Shown here: positions 1-8,131 of the stretch, in pieces
Layout of the letters: each line of letters begins with the position of its first letter
Position numbering within the stretch: the stretch's first letter is position 1
Assembly: GCA_964582585.1 (NCBI GenBank)
Contig: CAZOTG010000001.1
Coordinates: 1 to 28,154, forward strand
DNA: 28,154 nucleotides
Direction of reading: 5' to 3'
From: an uncultured Chromatiaceae bacterium
Lineage (GTDB): Bacteria; Pseudomonadota; Gammaproteobacteria; DRLM01
Notes under the pieces: generated by a model
Seen by the model: only the letters and a program-made list of their open reading frames with translations
Database searches by the model: none
What the model was told of the DNA's origin: nothing
Made by a program: the position numbers and the translations under genes

Positions 1-1
1 G

Positions 2-841
2 GAGCTGGTGGCGCGCGCCATCCATCAGGCGTCCGGGCGCGACGGCCTGTTCGTGCCCATCAACTGCGCCGCGATCCCCGCCGATCTCTTGGAGAGCGAA
101 CTGTTCGGCCATCAAAAGGGCGCCTTCACCGGTGCCCACCGCGACCGCATGGGAAAATTCGAGCTGGCGAACGGTGGCACCATCTTTCTCGACGAGGTCA
201 CCGAGATGCCCCTGGCCCTGCAGGCCAAGCTGTTGCGGGTATTGCAGGAGGGTACCGTGGAGCGCTTGGGCGCGCAGCGCGCCGTGAAGGTCGATCTCCG
301 CATCGTGGCCGCCACCAACCGCGACCCGCAACAGGCCGTCAGCGAAGGCGTGATGCGCCAGGATTTGTTCTTCCGCCTGAACGTGGTGCGCGTCGACGTG
401 CCGCCCCTGCGGGAGCGGCACGAGGATATCCAGCTATTGGCGGAGCATTTTCTGCAGAAATACAGCGCCGAGTTGGGTCGCCCGGTACCGCGCTTGACCG
501 AGGCAGCGTTGCACAGCCTGCATGCCTATGGTTGGCCCGGCAACGTCCGGGAATTGGAAAATCTCATGGAGCGCGCCGCGGTGTTGTGTCGCGGCAAGAT
601 CGTCGAGCCGCAGCATCTGCCCCAGGACGTTGGTTATACCGCCGAAGCTTCACCTGCCGCAGGCTCTACCGTCACGGTGGAGTTCGAATCGCTGGTGTTG
701 GACGAGCATGTTGCGGCACTGGAGAAACAATTGATCCAGGTGGCCTTGCAGCGCAGCGACGATAATAAATCGGCGGCGTCGCGCCTGTTAGGTGTCAGCG
801 AGCGGACTCTGTGGTACAAGATAAAAAAATACGGTCTTTAA
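2..841 (+). CDS. Sigma-54-dependent enhancer-binding transcriptional regulator (NtrC/Fis family), 5'-truncated by the window edge
   Basis: Frame is open from base 2 (ELVARAIH...). It has [24 protein letters not shown] (GAFTGA loop), GGTIFLDE (Walker B), [10 protein letters not shown] and a C-terminal Fis-type HTH ([19 protein letters not shown]). The sensory N-terminus is outside the window. Confidence 0.95.
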   Translation, partial: ELVARAIHQASGRDGLFVPINCAAIPADLLESELFGHQKGAFTGAHRDRMGKFELANGGTIFLDEVTEMPLALQAKLLRVLQEGTVERLGAQRAVKVDLRIVAATNRDPQQAVSEGVMRQDLFFRLNVVRVDVPPLRERHEDIQLLAEHFLQKYSAELGRPVPRLTEAALHSLHAYGWPGNVRELENLMERAAVLCRGKIVEPQHLPQDVGYTAEASPAAGSTVTVEFESLVLDEHVAALEKQLIQVALQRSDDNKSAASRLLGVSERTLWYKIKKYGL

Positions 842-974
842 ATTTAGCTTGCTGAGGTCGCATGACGGTCCGTGGAAGCTGAATGCACTACATTTCCGGT
901 GCGGCGCCCTATGCAAACAGGGCCGGAATCCTTAAAATGGTTTTATAACTTAATAATGAAAGAATAGGTCTGAC

Positions 975-1553
975 ATGGCGCAAGCGAAATGGAGTCTACC
1001 CACCCGTTGGCTGCACATAGGATTGGCCCTCACCGTCTCCCTGCAACTGCTCATCAGCCTGGTGATGGAGCCGCCCGATGAGGAGCATGCCACCGCCCTG
1101 GCGCGCGCCGCCTTCGAGGCCCATGAGGCGGTGGGGCTGGCGGCAGTATTGATCGTAGTGGTTCACTGGCTGTGGAGCACCATAGGCAAAGCCGACGGCG
1201 GCCTGGCCCATCTGTTCCCCTGGAGTGGTTCCGCCTGGGCGGAGGTCAAGGCGGATATCGCCGGTCTGATGAACCGGCGACTGCCGGACGGTGGTCCACG
1301 CGGCGGTCTGCCGGGTCTGGTGCACGGCCTGGGTTTTCTGGCGGTGACCGGCATGGCTGCGACCGGCGCGGTGCTGTTCGTGATCTTCCCCGAAACCGGC
1401 AAGCCCAGCGACACCGTGGAGTTCTTCGCGGAGATCCACGAATTTATCTCCAATTTCGTATGGGCGTACTGGTTCGGCCATGTCGGTCTGGCCCTGATCC
1501 ACAAATGGGCGGGCCACCCCAACGTCAAAGAGATGTTCAGCCTGAAATCCTAG
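975..1553 (+). CDS. Di-haem b-type cytochrome (cytochrome b561 / Ni-hydrogenase cyt b family)
   Basis: Four hydrophobic segments with His at the usual ligand positions: RWLH (H14), HEAVG (H50), EIHE (H155) and GHVGLALIH (H169). Confidence 0.85.
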   Translation: MAQAKWSLPTRWLHIGLALTVSLQLLISLVMEPPDEEHATALARAAFEAHEAVGLAAVLIVVVHWLWSTIGKADGGLAHLFPWSGSAWAEVKADIAGLMNRRLPDGGPRGGLPGLVHGLGFLAVTGMAATGAVLFVIFPETGKPSDTVEFFAEIHEFISNFVWAYWFGHVGLALIHKWAGHPNVKEMFSLKS

Positions 1554-1580
1554 CTTATGCCGTTCCCCGGCGGATCATCA

Positions 1581-2414
1581 TTACCCCAATAGCGCCAATA
1601 TCCCTTCCAGGCCAACCTGATTGAGGGCGATATGGGCCTGGGCCCGCACCTTGGGTTTGGCGTGGTAGGCGACGCTCAATCCCGCCGCCTTCATCATAAG
1701 CAGGTCGTTGGCGCCGTCGCCTACGGCGATAGCCTGTCGCGGGGTGATGTCCAGGGACCGGCAAAGTTCCAGCAGGAAGTCCCGTTTGCCTTCGGCGCCG
1801 ACGATGGTGCCGAGGACCTTGCCGGTGAGGCGGTCGGCGATGATTTCCAAGGTGTTGGCGCGGGCATAGTCTAGCCCGAGGTGTTCCTTGAGGCGTTCGG
1901 TGAAATAGGTGAAGCCGCCCGAGACCAGACCGACCCTGATGCCGCGCGCCTGCAGGCCGGCGATCATTTGTTCCGCGCCGGGATTGGGGCGCAGCCGTTC
2001 CCGATAGACATGTTCCAATGCGGAGGCATCGAGACCGGCCAGCAGGGCGACGCGGCGCGTCAGTGATTGCTCGAAGTTGAGTTCGCCGCGCATGGCGGCC
2101 TCGGTGATGGCGGCGACCTCGGGTTTCTTGCCGATGAAGTCAGCGATCTCATCGATGCACTCAATGTTGATGAGGGTGGAGTCCATGTCGGTGACCAGCA
2201 GCCGTACCTGGCCGGGATCGAAACCCGCCGGCAAGGCATTGATGTCGACAAGGTGCTGTCTGCGCAGCGCCTCGAGTTGTTCGTGGCTTGAAGCCTGCGC
2301 ATCGCGGATGCGCCAACAGCCGTCATGCGCTTCCGGGGTGCCGCCGGTCCGGGCGGCGATGGTGTGGGCTATATCGTTATCGAGTTTCGCGCCTTGGAGG
2401 ATGAGGGTGGTCAT
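1581..2414 (-). CDS. serB: Phosphoserine phosphatase SerB (HAD family)
   Basis: Motifs DMDSTLINIECIDE, ITEAAMRGEL.F..SL..RV, LVSGGF and VGDGANDL; 277 aa with a short N-terminal extension. Confidence 0.95.
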   Translation of the reverse strand: MTTLILQGAKLDNDIAHTIAARTGGTPEAHDGCWRIRDAQASSHEQLEALRRQHLVDINALPAGFDPGQVRLLVTDMDSTLINIECIDEIADFIGKKPEVAAITEAAMRGELNFEQSLTRRVALLAGLDASALEHVYRERLRPNPGAEQMIAGLQARGIRVGLVSGGFTYFTERLKEHLGLDYARANTLEIIADRLTGKVLGTIVGAEGKRDFLLELCRSLDITPRQAIAVGDGANDLLMMKAAGLSVAYHAKPKVRAQAHIALNQVGLEGILALLG

Positions 2415-2511
2415 GCCGTTATCTGGGTCTGAACGCCGTTAAGTAACCGTCACATGATAACCCAAATATGGCGTTGCCGCTTGATGGCTGGCTGCGTGTG
2501 CGCAGCGCACG

Positions 2512-3693
2512 CTACATTGATACATGCGGCCTTTCTTCCGGTAAGAACAGCGCCGTCAGGTCGTTGAGAAAACGCCTGCCCAGTTCGGTGGGACGGATGG
2601 CGTGCATATCCCGCGCGATGAGTCCTTTGCGTTCCGCTTCCTGCAGCGGTTCTTCCATGATGGTCAAGGGCAGGCCGGTGTGTTGGGCGAACAAGGCCAC
2701 GGGAAATCCTTCGTTGAGTCGCAGGGCGTTGAGCATGAATTCGAAACCGGCCTCATGCCGCTTCAGGGTCCGCTCCTCGGCGATGCGCGCCGGGCCCGCG
2801 GCCTTGACGAGATAGTCGCGGGGATGGCGGACCTTGGCGGTGCGGGCGACGCACTGGCTTTGCGCGCTGCTGATCTTGGCGTGTGCGCCGGCGCCGATGC
2901 CGAGATAATCACCGAACTGCCAGTAATTGAGGTTGTGACGGCAGCGGTGTCCGCCTCGGGCATAGGCCGAGACTTCGTAGTGTTCATAACCGGCGGCGGC
3001 GAGCCGGGCCTGACAGGTTTGTTGTATTTCCCAGAGCGCATCGTCGTCCGGCAGTGTCGGCGGCATACTGGCGAAGCGGGTATTGGGCTCGATGGTGAGT
3101 TGATAATGGGAGAGGTGGGACGGTTGCAAGTCGATGGCCTGTTTGAGATCGGCGAGGGCCTGCGCCGTGGTCTGTCCGGGCAGACCGTACATGAGATCCA
3201 GGTTCAGTTCCTCGAAGCCGGCGGCGTGAGCCGCCTCCGCGGCGGCGATCGCTTCCCGCGGTCCGTGGATGCGGCCGAGGCTATGCAGCATGCCGGCGTC
3301 GAAGCTTTGCACGCCGATGGACAGGCGGTTAATTCCCGCCGCTCGCAACTCCGCGAACTTGCCGGCCTCCGCGCTGCCGGGGTTGGCCTCCAGGGTGATC
3401 TCCGCAGTGGCGGGGAGGGGCAACAGTGCGCGCACCTGCGACAACAGGCGGTCGATCGCCGCCGGTGAGAACAGACTGGGCGTGCCGCCGCCGATGAACA
3501 CCGTCTCCAACGGCCGGCCCCATACCGTGGGTAACTCCTGTTCTAGGTCGGCGATCAGGGCATCGACATAGGCCCGTTCGGGGATGGTGTCTTTGATCTC
3601 GTGGGAGTTGAAGTCGCAATAGGGGCACTTGCGCACGCACCAAGGCAGGTGCACGTACAGCGACAGTGGCGGCAAGGTAGTGAAGTGGAACAT
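2512..3693 (-). CDS. hemW: Radical SAM family haem chaperone HemW (YggW/HemN-like)
   Basis: LYVHLPWCVRKCPYCDFNSH (CxxxCxxC), FIGGGTPS, EITLEANP and HNLNYWQFGDYLGIGAGAH; about 390 aa, shorter than true HemN. Confidence 0.93.
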   Translation of the reverse strand: MFHFTTLPPLSLYVHLPWCVRKCPYCDFNSHEIKDTIPERAYVDALIADLEQELPTVWGRPLETVFIGGGTPSLFSPAAIDRLLSQVRALLPLPATAEITLEANPGSAEAGKFAELRAAGINRLSIGVQSFDAGMLHSLGRIHGPREAIAAAEAAHAAGFEELNLDLMYGLPGQTTAQALADLKQAIDLQPSHLSHYQLTIEPNTRFASMPPTLPDDDALWEIQQTCQARLAAAGYEHYEVSAYARGGHRCRHNLNYWQFGDYLGIGAGAHAKISSAQSQCVARTAKVRHPRDYLVKAAGPARIAEERTLKRHEAGFEFMLNALRLNEGFPVALFAQHTGLPLTIMEEPLQEAERKGLIARDMHAIRPTELGRRFLNDLTALFLPEERPHVSM

Positions 3694-3699
3694 GGCCGC

Positions 3700-3708
3700 A
3701 GGTTAACA
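3700..3708 (-). promoter_or_regulatory. Candidate extended -10 promoter (TG-T-TAACCT) for a leaderless hemW mRNA
   Basis: The minus strand reads TGTTAACCT-gcggcc-ATG. No Shine-Dalgarno sequence is visible upstream. Confidence 0.35.
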
Positions 3709-3778
3709 GATTTTGCGACGCGCCTATCGTGGGGGCGGCGCGGTCTCGTCGCGATCATTTCCACAGAACGAGTGACTA

Positions 3779-5275
3779 TTACACCACGAAGCGACTGAGC
3801 GCCTCGTTGAGATCGTAGGCCAAGCGGGTCACTTCCTCGGTGGCCTGGGTGCCTTGTTCCGCATTGGTGCTGGCACTTTGCGCCAGCCCGTTGATCTGGA
3901 CCAGGTTCTGGCTGAGGTCATTGGCGACATGGCTCTGTTGTTCCACCGCCACGGCGATCTGGTTGTTCATGTCGTTGACGGTGGTCATGGCCGAGTTGAT
4001 AAGGGTGAAGGCCTCGTTGGCCTCCGTCGAGTGATTGACCACTTCATCGGTTTGCGAACGGCTGCGCGTCATCACCTGGGCGGCATTGCTTGCACCCTCC
4101 TGCAGGCGTTGGATCATATTTTGAATCTCGGTGGTGGATTCCTGGGTGCGAGAGGCCAGGGTGCGCACTTCGTCGGCTACCACCGCAAATCCCCGGCCCT
4201 GCTCGCCTGCCCGAGCGGCTTCGATGGCGGCATTCAGCGCCAGGAGATTGGTTTGATCGGCGATGCCGCGGATAACATCCAGGACCGCACCGATGGAGTC
4301 GCTTTCGCGTTCCAGGTGCGACACGGTATCCGCCGCGTTCTGTATTTCGCCTGCCAAATCAGTGATGAGGCCTACGGCGCGATTCATGCGCTCGCTACCG
4401 CTGCGCGAACTGTCGTGGGCCTTGAGGGTGGCGTCCGCCGCGCCATGGGCATTATTGGCCACCTCCTGGATACTGGCCGCCATTTCCCTGATCGCTGTGG
4501 CCACCTGTTCCGTATTGAGCTGTTGTTCGGAAATAGTGCGTGTGGTCTCATGACTGGTGGTACTGACCTGTTCCATGGCCGTTGCCAAACTCGCAACCGC
4601 CCTGCTGACCCTGCCGACCAGGTCGTGAACCGCATCCATGAATGCATTGAACCCTTTTGCAAACTCGCTGCGTGCCTTTCGGTTGCGGTAGGTGAGATCG
4701 ATTTTCTCGCCATTGATAGAGAGATGAGAGCCGATCTCATGCAGTTCTTCCGTTTGTAATGCCTCTTTTAGACCGCGCATTGCCATATAAATCAATACGC
4801 CTGATTCGAATACGACATAAGCCGCATGGATCAACACCATGTCCAGCCCGGTACGGTGGGTAAATAACCATACCCCGACACCGGAGGCCTGAAGATAGTC
4901 GAACAGCAAATGGTGTACCGCAATCACCGCCGCGCCTATAACGATGGTTACCCAGTCGCGATAAAAGAGTAAAAAGGAGAGCAGTACGAATACCCCGAAG
5001 TGAAGCTCTATCATGCCGTGGCCTTGGTGGATATGCAGCCCGCAGAACACCATGAAGGAGGTGGCCACACTGTAGCGAGTCGCCCGGCTGCCGGGCATGG
5101 TCATCGTCAGCGCGGTCGGGATGATGGCCGCGGGCAGGCCCACAAGCAGCGCGGGAGTCCAGGTGTCGTACCAGACGGCGAGGGCCATGGCGAACAGAAA
5201 CAGCACCCAGCATACCTTCAGCATTAGCCTATCGCCATCGACGCGCAGCTGATGCAGGGAAAATTGATTATTCAT
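3779..5275 (-). CDS. Methyl-accepting chemotaxis protein with a multi-TM, His-rich intramembrane sensor
   Basis: Hairpin-tip motif [37 protein letters not shown]. The N-terminal ~165 aa has 5-6 hydrophobic segments. I set the start at ATG 5275 (MNNQFS), not 5374, because AAGGA lies 10 nt upstream and a sigma-28 promoter lies within the longer ORF's 5' extension. Confidence 0.93.
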   Translation of the reverse strand: MNNQFSLHQLRVDGDRLMLKVCWVLFLFAMALAVWYDTWTPALLVGLPAAIIPTALTMTMPGSRATRYSVATSFMVFCGLHIHQGHGMIELHFGVFVLLSFLLFYRDWVTIVIGAAVIAVHHLLFDYLQASGVGVWLFTHRTGLDMVLIHAAYVVFESGVLIYMAMRGLKEALQTEELHEIGSHLSINGEKIDLTYRNRKARSEFAKGFNAFMDAVHDLVGRVSRAVASLATAMEQVSTTSHETTRTISEQQLNTEQVATAIREMAASIQEVANNAHGAADATLKAHDSSRSGSERMNRAVGLITDLAGEIQNAADTVSHLERESDSIGAVLDVIRGIADQTNLLALNAAIEAARAGEQGRGFAVVADEVRTLASRTQESTTEIQNMIQRLQEGASNAAQVMTRSRSQTDEVVNHSTEANEAFTLINSAMTTVNDMNNQIAVAVEQQSHVANDLSQNLVQINGLAQSASTNAEQGTQATEEVTRLAYDLNEALSRFVV

Positions 5276-5325
5276 TTTGAGTAGGTCCTTGAGTGGGTAG
5301 TGGAATCTTCCTGTTAATGTGAGTG

Positions 5326-5352
5326 TTATCGACAGCGACTGCGGAGAATTTA
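5326..5352 (-). promoter_or_regulatory. Sigma-28 (FliA) promoter of the chemoreceptor gene
   Basis: The minus strand reads TAAA-ttctccgcagtcgct(15 nt)-GTCGATAA, one mismatch from the consensus TAAA-N15-GCCGATAA. It lies 50 nt upstream of an MCP, a typical FliA target. Confidence 0.75.
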
Positions 5353-5420
5353 GCGAAATGCAGATGAGTAGCACACGGAGGGAGGAACTGGAGATATTTT
5401 TATTGATTTTTCTGGCAGTT

Positions 5421-5452
5421 ACCCATCAAATTAACCAGATTTATTGATGGGT
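5421..5452. repeat. Inverted repeat ACCCATCAA-N14-TTGATGGGT in an AT-rich block
   Basis: Perfect 9-bp arms at 5421-5429 and 5444-5452. It overlaps a TTTATTGAT direct repeat (5399-5407, 5440-5448). Function unknown. Confidence 0.6.
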
Positions 5453-5534
5453 TATATGCTGTGCCGGCGAAATCGCCGGGCGGAACAAAAATCGGCGGGG
5501 GGACGTGTTCCTTGCGCGTGGAGCTCGGGGCGGC

Positions 5535-5933
5535 TTAATTATCTTTCGCGCCCTGACTCACCCAATCACGCAGTATCTCGATCTGCTGTGTGAGCAGGGG
5601 CCGTTCGTTGTGGGGCATGCGGATGCTGGGATCGGCGCGCCCCTCGATCAAGACCATCATATTGCTGATCAATGGGTTACCCGGCACTACGATCCTGCCA
5701 TGTTTGGTGCCCTTCATGAGGCTTGCATAAGTGCGCAGATCCAAGCCGCTGGCCTCATAACCGGGTCCGCCGGGTTGATGGCATTTCACGCAGTGATTTT
5801 CCAGGATGGGCAGAACGTCGAGCTTGAAACTGACCTGTTGCGCGGCATAGGCCGGCGCAGACCATATCGCAGATTGCAGTGTGGTGGTGACGATGGCGAG
5901 AACTAGATAATGCGATCGTTTAATGCAGGTCAT
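5535..5933 (-). CDS. Exported monohaem c-type cytochrome, planctomycete cytochrome C (PSCyt1)-like
   Basis: Signal peptide ending AYA. Then VSF..DV.PIL.NHCVKCH (CxxCH), GLDLRTYASLMKG, IVVPGNP..S, RMPH (candidate distal Met) and L..WV.QGA. Confidence 0.85.
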   Translation of the reverse strand: MTCIKRSHYLVLAIVTTTLQSAIWSAPAYAAQQVSFKLDVLPILENHCVKCHQPGGPGYEASGLDLRTYASLMKGTKHGRIVVPGNPLISNMMVLIEGRADPSIRMPHNERPLLTQQIEILRDWVSQGAKDN

Positions 5934-6157
5934 GACGCGGTTCCTTGCCGTTAGCTATGGGCATCATTTTAACGCGCGCTTATATGCAAGTCATCGTTGC
6001 CTAAGTTGCGAGGGAAGCGGCATAGAGCGGCGGCACGCAACCCAAACGGTTACTGCCGTGGCTTGAAAAAACACACGATATCCCAACTTCCATGGCGTTT
6101 GCCCGGGGGAGGTGGATGCAAGGGACCAGGACATTTGGCCCGCTTGGGCATGGCTTG

Positions 6158-6448
6158 TTACCAGCGTGAGCGTCCGCCGCCGCCACGCCCACCCCGGCTC
6201 TCTTTTTCTTGAGCCATGTTGACCTTGATGGCGCGGCCATCTACATCTTTTCCATTGAGTTCCAAGGCCTTCTCCGCGGCCTGCTGGCTGGCAAAGGTGA
6301 TGAATGCAAATCCCTTGGAGCGGCCCGTCTCTCTGTCTTTGATCAGTGCGATATCTTGAATTTCGCCGTAAGCTGAGAACATTTCCCTCAATTGGGATTC
6401 GTCTACCGAGTACGGAAAATTGCCTACATATAGTTTATTTTGTTGCAT
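6158..6448 (-). CDS. Single-RRM RNA-binding protein with a Gly/Arg-rich tail (Rbp type)
   Basis: RNP2 LYVGNF, RNP1 KGFAFITF and tail RGGRGGGGRSRW. GGAG lies 5 nt upstream of ATG 6448. Confidence 0.93.
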   Translation of the reverse strand: MQQNKLYVGNFPYSVDESQLREMFSAYGEIQDIALIKDRETGRSKGFAFITFASQQAAEKALELNGKDVDGRAIKVNMAQEKESRGGRGGGGRSRW

Positions 6449-6630
6449 GGGAACTCCAATCATGTAAGTTGAAATTTTTCAAAGGGTGATACCGTATGGT
6501 ATCTACCCCATTCAGCGGGCAAGGCTTAAACCTCGAAGATCTTTGCTGACCAATACCTGGGTTGGGCGGGGAGCAAGCTTCGTCGCTAAGTGTACTCCGG
6601 ATGGGGGGCAGGTGTAATCCAGATATTGTT

Positions 6631-7221
6631 TCAACCCCGCAGCGCCATGATGAGCTTGCGCAGCGCCTGGCCGCGGTGGCTCAAGCGGTTCTTGATGTCG
6701 GGTGATAGCTCGGCGGACGAGCAGTCGTGGCCGGGGACATAGAACACCGGGTCGTAGCCGAAGCCGTTGCTGCCACGCGGCGCGAACAGGATACGGCCTT
6801 CCCAGGTGCCTTGGCAGAGAATGGGGGTAGGATCCTTGACGTGGCGCAGATAGACCATCAGGCACTGAAAGCGTGCACTGCGTTGCGCATCGGGCAGGTC
6901 CCCGAGATCGGCCAGCAGTTTTTCTAGGTTGTCTTTATCCGTGGCGGTGCTGCCGGCGTAGCGCGAGGAATAGATGCCCGGCGCCCCGTCCAGGGCATCC
7001 ACTTCCAGTCCCGAATCGTCGGCGATCGCGGGCAGCCCGGTGTGGGCCGCGGCATTGCGTGCCTTGAGGATGGCGTTTTCCACGAAGGTGAGGCCGGTCT
7101 CTTCCGCCTCGGGGACATTAAAGTCCGATTGCGGCACCACCTCCAGATCATGGTCGGCGAGCAGTTCGTTGATCTCCCTGACCTTGCCCAGGTTGCCGGT
7201 GGCGAGCACGATTTTCTTCAT
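6631..7221 (-). CDS. rdgB: dITP/XTP pyrophosphatase (RdgB/HAM1 family)
   Basis: [56 protein letters not shown] and KNRLSHRG. Start placed at MKKIVLA. Confidence 0.96.
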   Translation of the reverse strand: MKKIVLATGNLGKVREINELLADHDLEVVPQSDFNVPEAEETGLTFVENAILKARNAAAHTGLPAIADDSGLEVDALDGAPGIYSSRYAGSTATDKDNLEKLLADLGDLPDAQRSARFQCLMVYLRHVKDPTPILCQGTWEGRILFAPRGSNGFGYDPVFYVPGHDCSSAELSPDIKNRLSHRGQALRKLIMALRG

Positions 7222-7244
7222 GTCAGAACTCAAAAAAAAAGCTT

Positions 7245-7322
7245 AACCACGGAGGGTACGGAGAACACGGAGATTAAATTAATTTAAAGCTTTTCTCCGT
7301 GCCCTTCGTGTTCTCCGTGGTT
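7245..7322. repeat. 78-bp REP/MITE-like palindrome built from three 9-nt units per arm
   Basis: Left arm 7245-7273: a-ACCACGGAG-GGTACGGAG-AACACGGAG-a. Reverse complement of right arm 7294-7322: a-ACCACGGAG-AACACGAAG-GGCACGGAG-a. The core holds the perfect palindrome TTAAATTAATTTAA (7274-7287). Confidence 0.85.
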
Positions 7323-7333
7323 CATCCTGGTTG

Positions 7334-8050
7334 TTAATCCGCCAGCGCCATGCGCTGGTGTTCGATGAGGTCGGTGATGCCGCCCTTGGCCAGTTCCAGC
7401 ATTGCCTGCAGTTCGTCCATGCGGAAGGCGTGGCCCTCCGCCGTGCCCTGTACCTCGATGAAGGCGCCGGCGTCGTTCATCACCACGTTCATGTCGGTCT
7501 CGGCGTTGGAGTCTTCTGCATAATCCAGATCCAGCACCGGCGCGCCTTTATAGATACCCACGGATACCGAGGCCACATATCCGTAGATGGGATCCTTATT
7601 GATGAGTCCCTTGTTTTGCATATGACGCACCGCATCCACCAGCGCCACGTAACCGCCGGTGATGGAGGCGGTGCGGGTGCCGCCATCGGCCTGGATGACG
7701 TCACAGTCGACGGTGATGGTGCGCTCGCCAAGGGCGGCCAGGTCCACCACCGCGCGCAATGTGCGCCCGATCAGACGTTGGATCTCCATGGTGCGTCCGC
7801 CCTGCCGTCCCTGGGCCGCCTCGCGGTTCATGCGTTGGCCGGTGGAGCGGGGCAGCATGCCGTACTCGGCGGTGACCCAGCCCTTGCCCGTGCCTTTGAT
7901 CCAGCGAGGCGCCCTTTCCTCCACGGTAGCAGTGCACAGCACCCGGGTGTCGCCGAACTCCACCAGTACGGCGCCTTCGGGGTGCTTGATGTAGTGGCGG
8001 GTCAGTTTGATGGTGCGAAGCTGGTCGGGGTTTCTGCCGCTGGGGCGCAT
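7334..8050 (-). CDS. rph: Ribonuclease PH
   Basis: [51 protein letters not shown] and IEVQGTAEG. Confidence 0.98.
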   Translation of the reverse strand: MRPSGRNPDQLRTIKLTRHYIKHPEGAVLVEFGDTRVLCTATVEERAPRWIKGTGKGWVTAEYGMLPRSTGQRMNREAAQGRQGGRTMEIQRLIGRTLRAVVDLAALGERTITVDCDVIQADGGTRTASITGGYVALVDAVRHMQNKGLINKDPIYGYVASVSVGIYKGAPVLDLDYAEDSNAETDMNVVMNDAGAFIEVQGTAEGHAFRMDELQAMLELAKGGITDLIEHQRMALAD

Positions 8051-8090
8051 GGCTGGTCCTTAAAAATCATGACAGGGAAGGGGGGGCAGC

Positions 8091-8096
8091 ATTATA
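8091..8096 (-). promoter_or_regulatory. Candidate sigma-70 -10 (TATAAT) for rph
   Basis: Perfect TATAAT on the minus strand 40 nt upstream of the rph ATG. The -35 match is poor. Confidence 0.3.
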
Positions 8097-8131
8097 GCTT
8101 GCTTCCGCGGTACGAGGCCAACGCCGGCTGT

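Noticed and set aside
842-974. Possible sigma-54 promoter linking the EBP to the cytochrome b gene
   Set aside because: I found no GG-N10-GC with consensus context, only an AT-rich block and a weak hairpin, so no regulatory link is supported.
6075-6110. GGGCAAAC...GGAA...GGGA on the minus strand upstream of the cytochrome c, resembling a c-di-GMP-I riboswitch
   Set aside because: The GACGCAAAGC core and the P2/P3 pairing are absent.
6001-6240. 79-aa ORF overlapping the RRM 3' end, and other short ORFs in the 5.9-6.9 kb gaps
   Set aside because: No SD, no motifs, and they overlap supported genes in other frames.
3695-6642. CTGCGG shared by the rdgB end and the hemW upstream region as a possible target duplication
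   Set aside because: Only 6 bp and GC-rich, so expected by chance.
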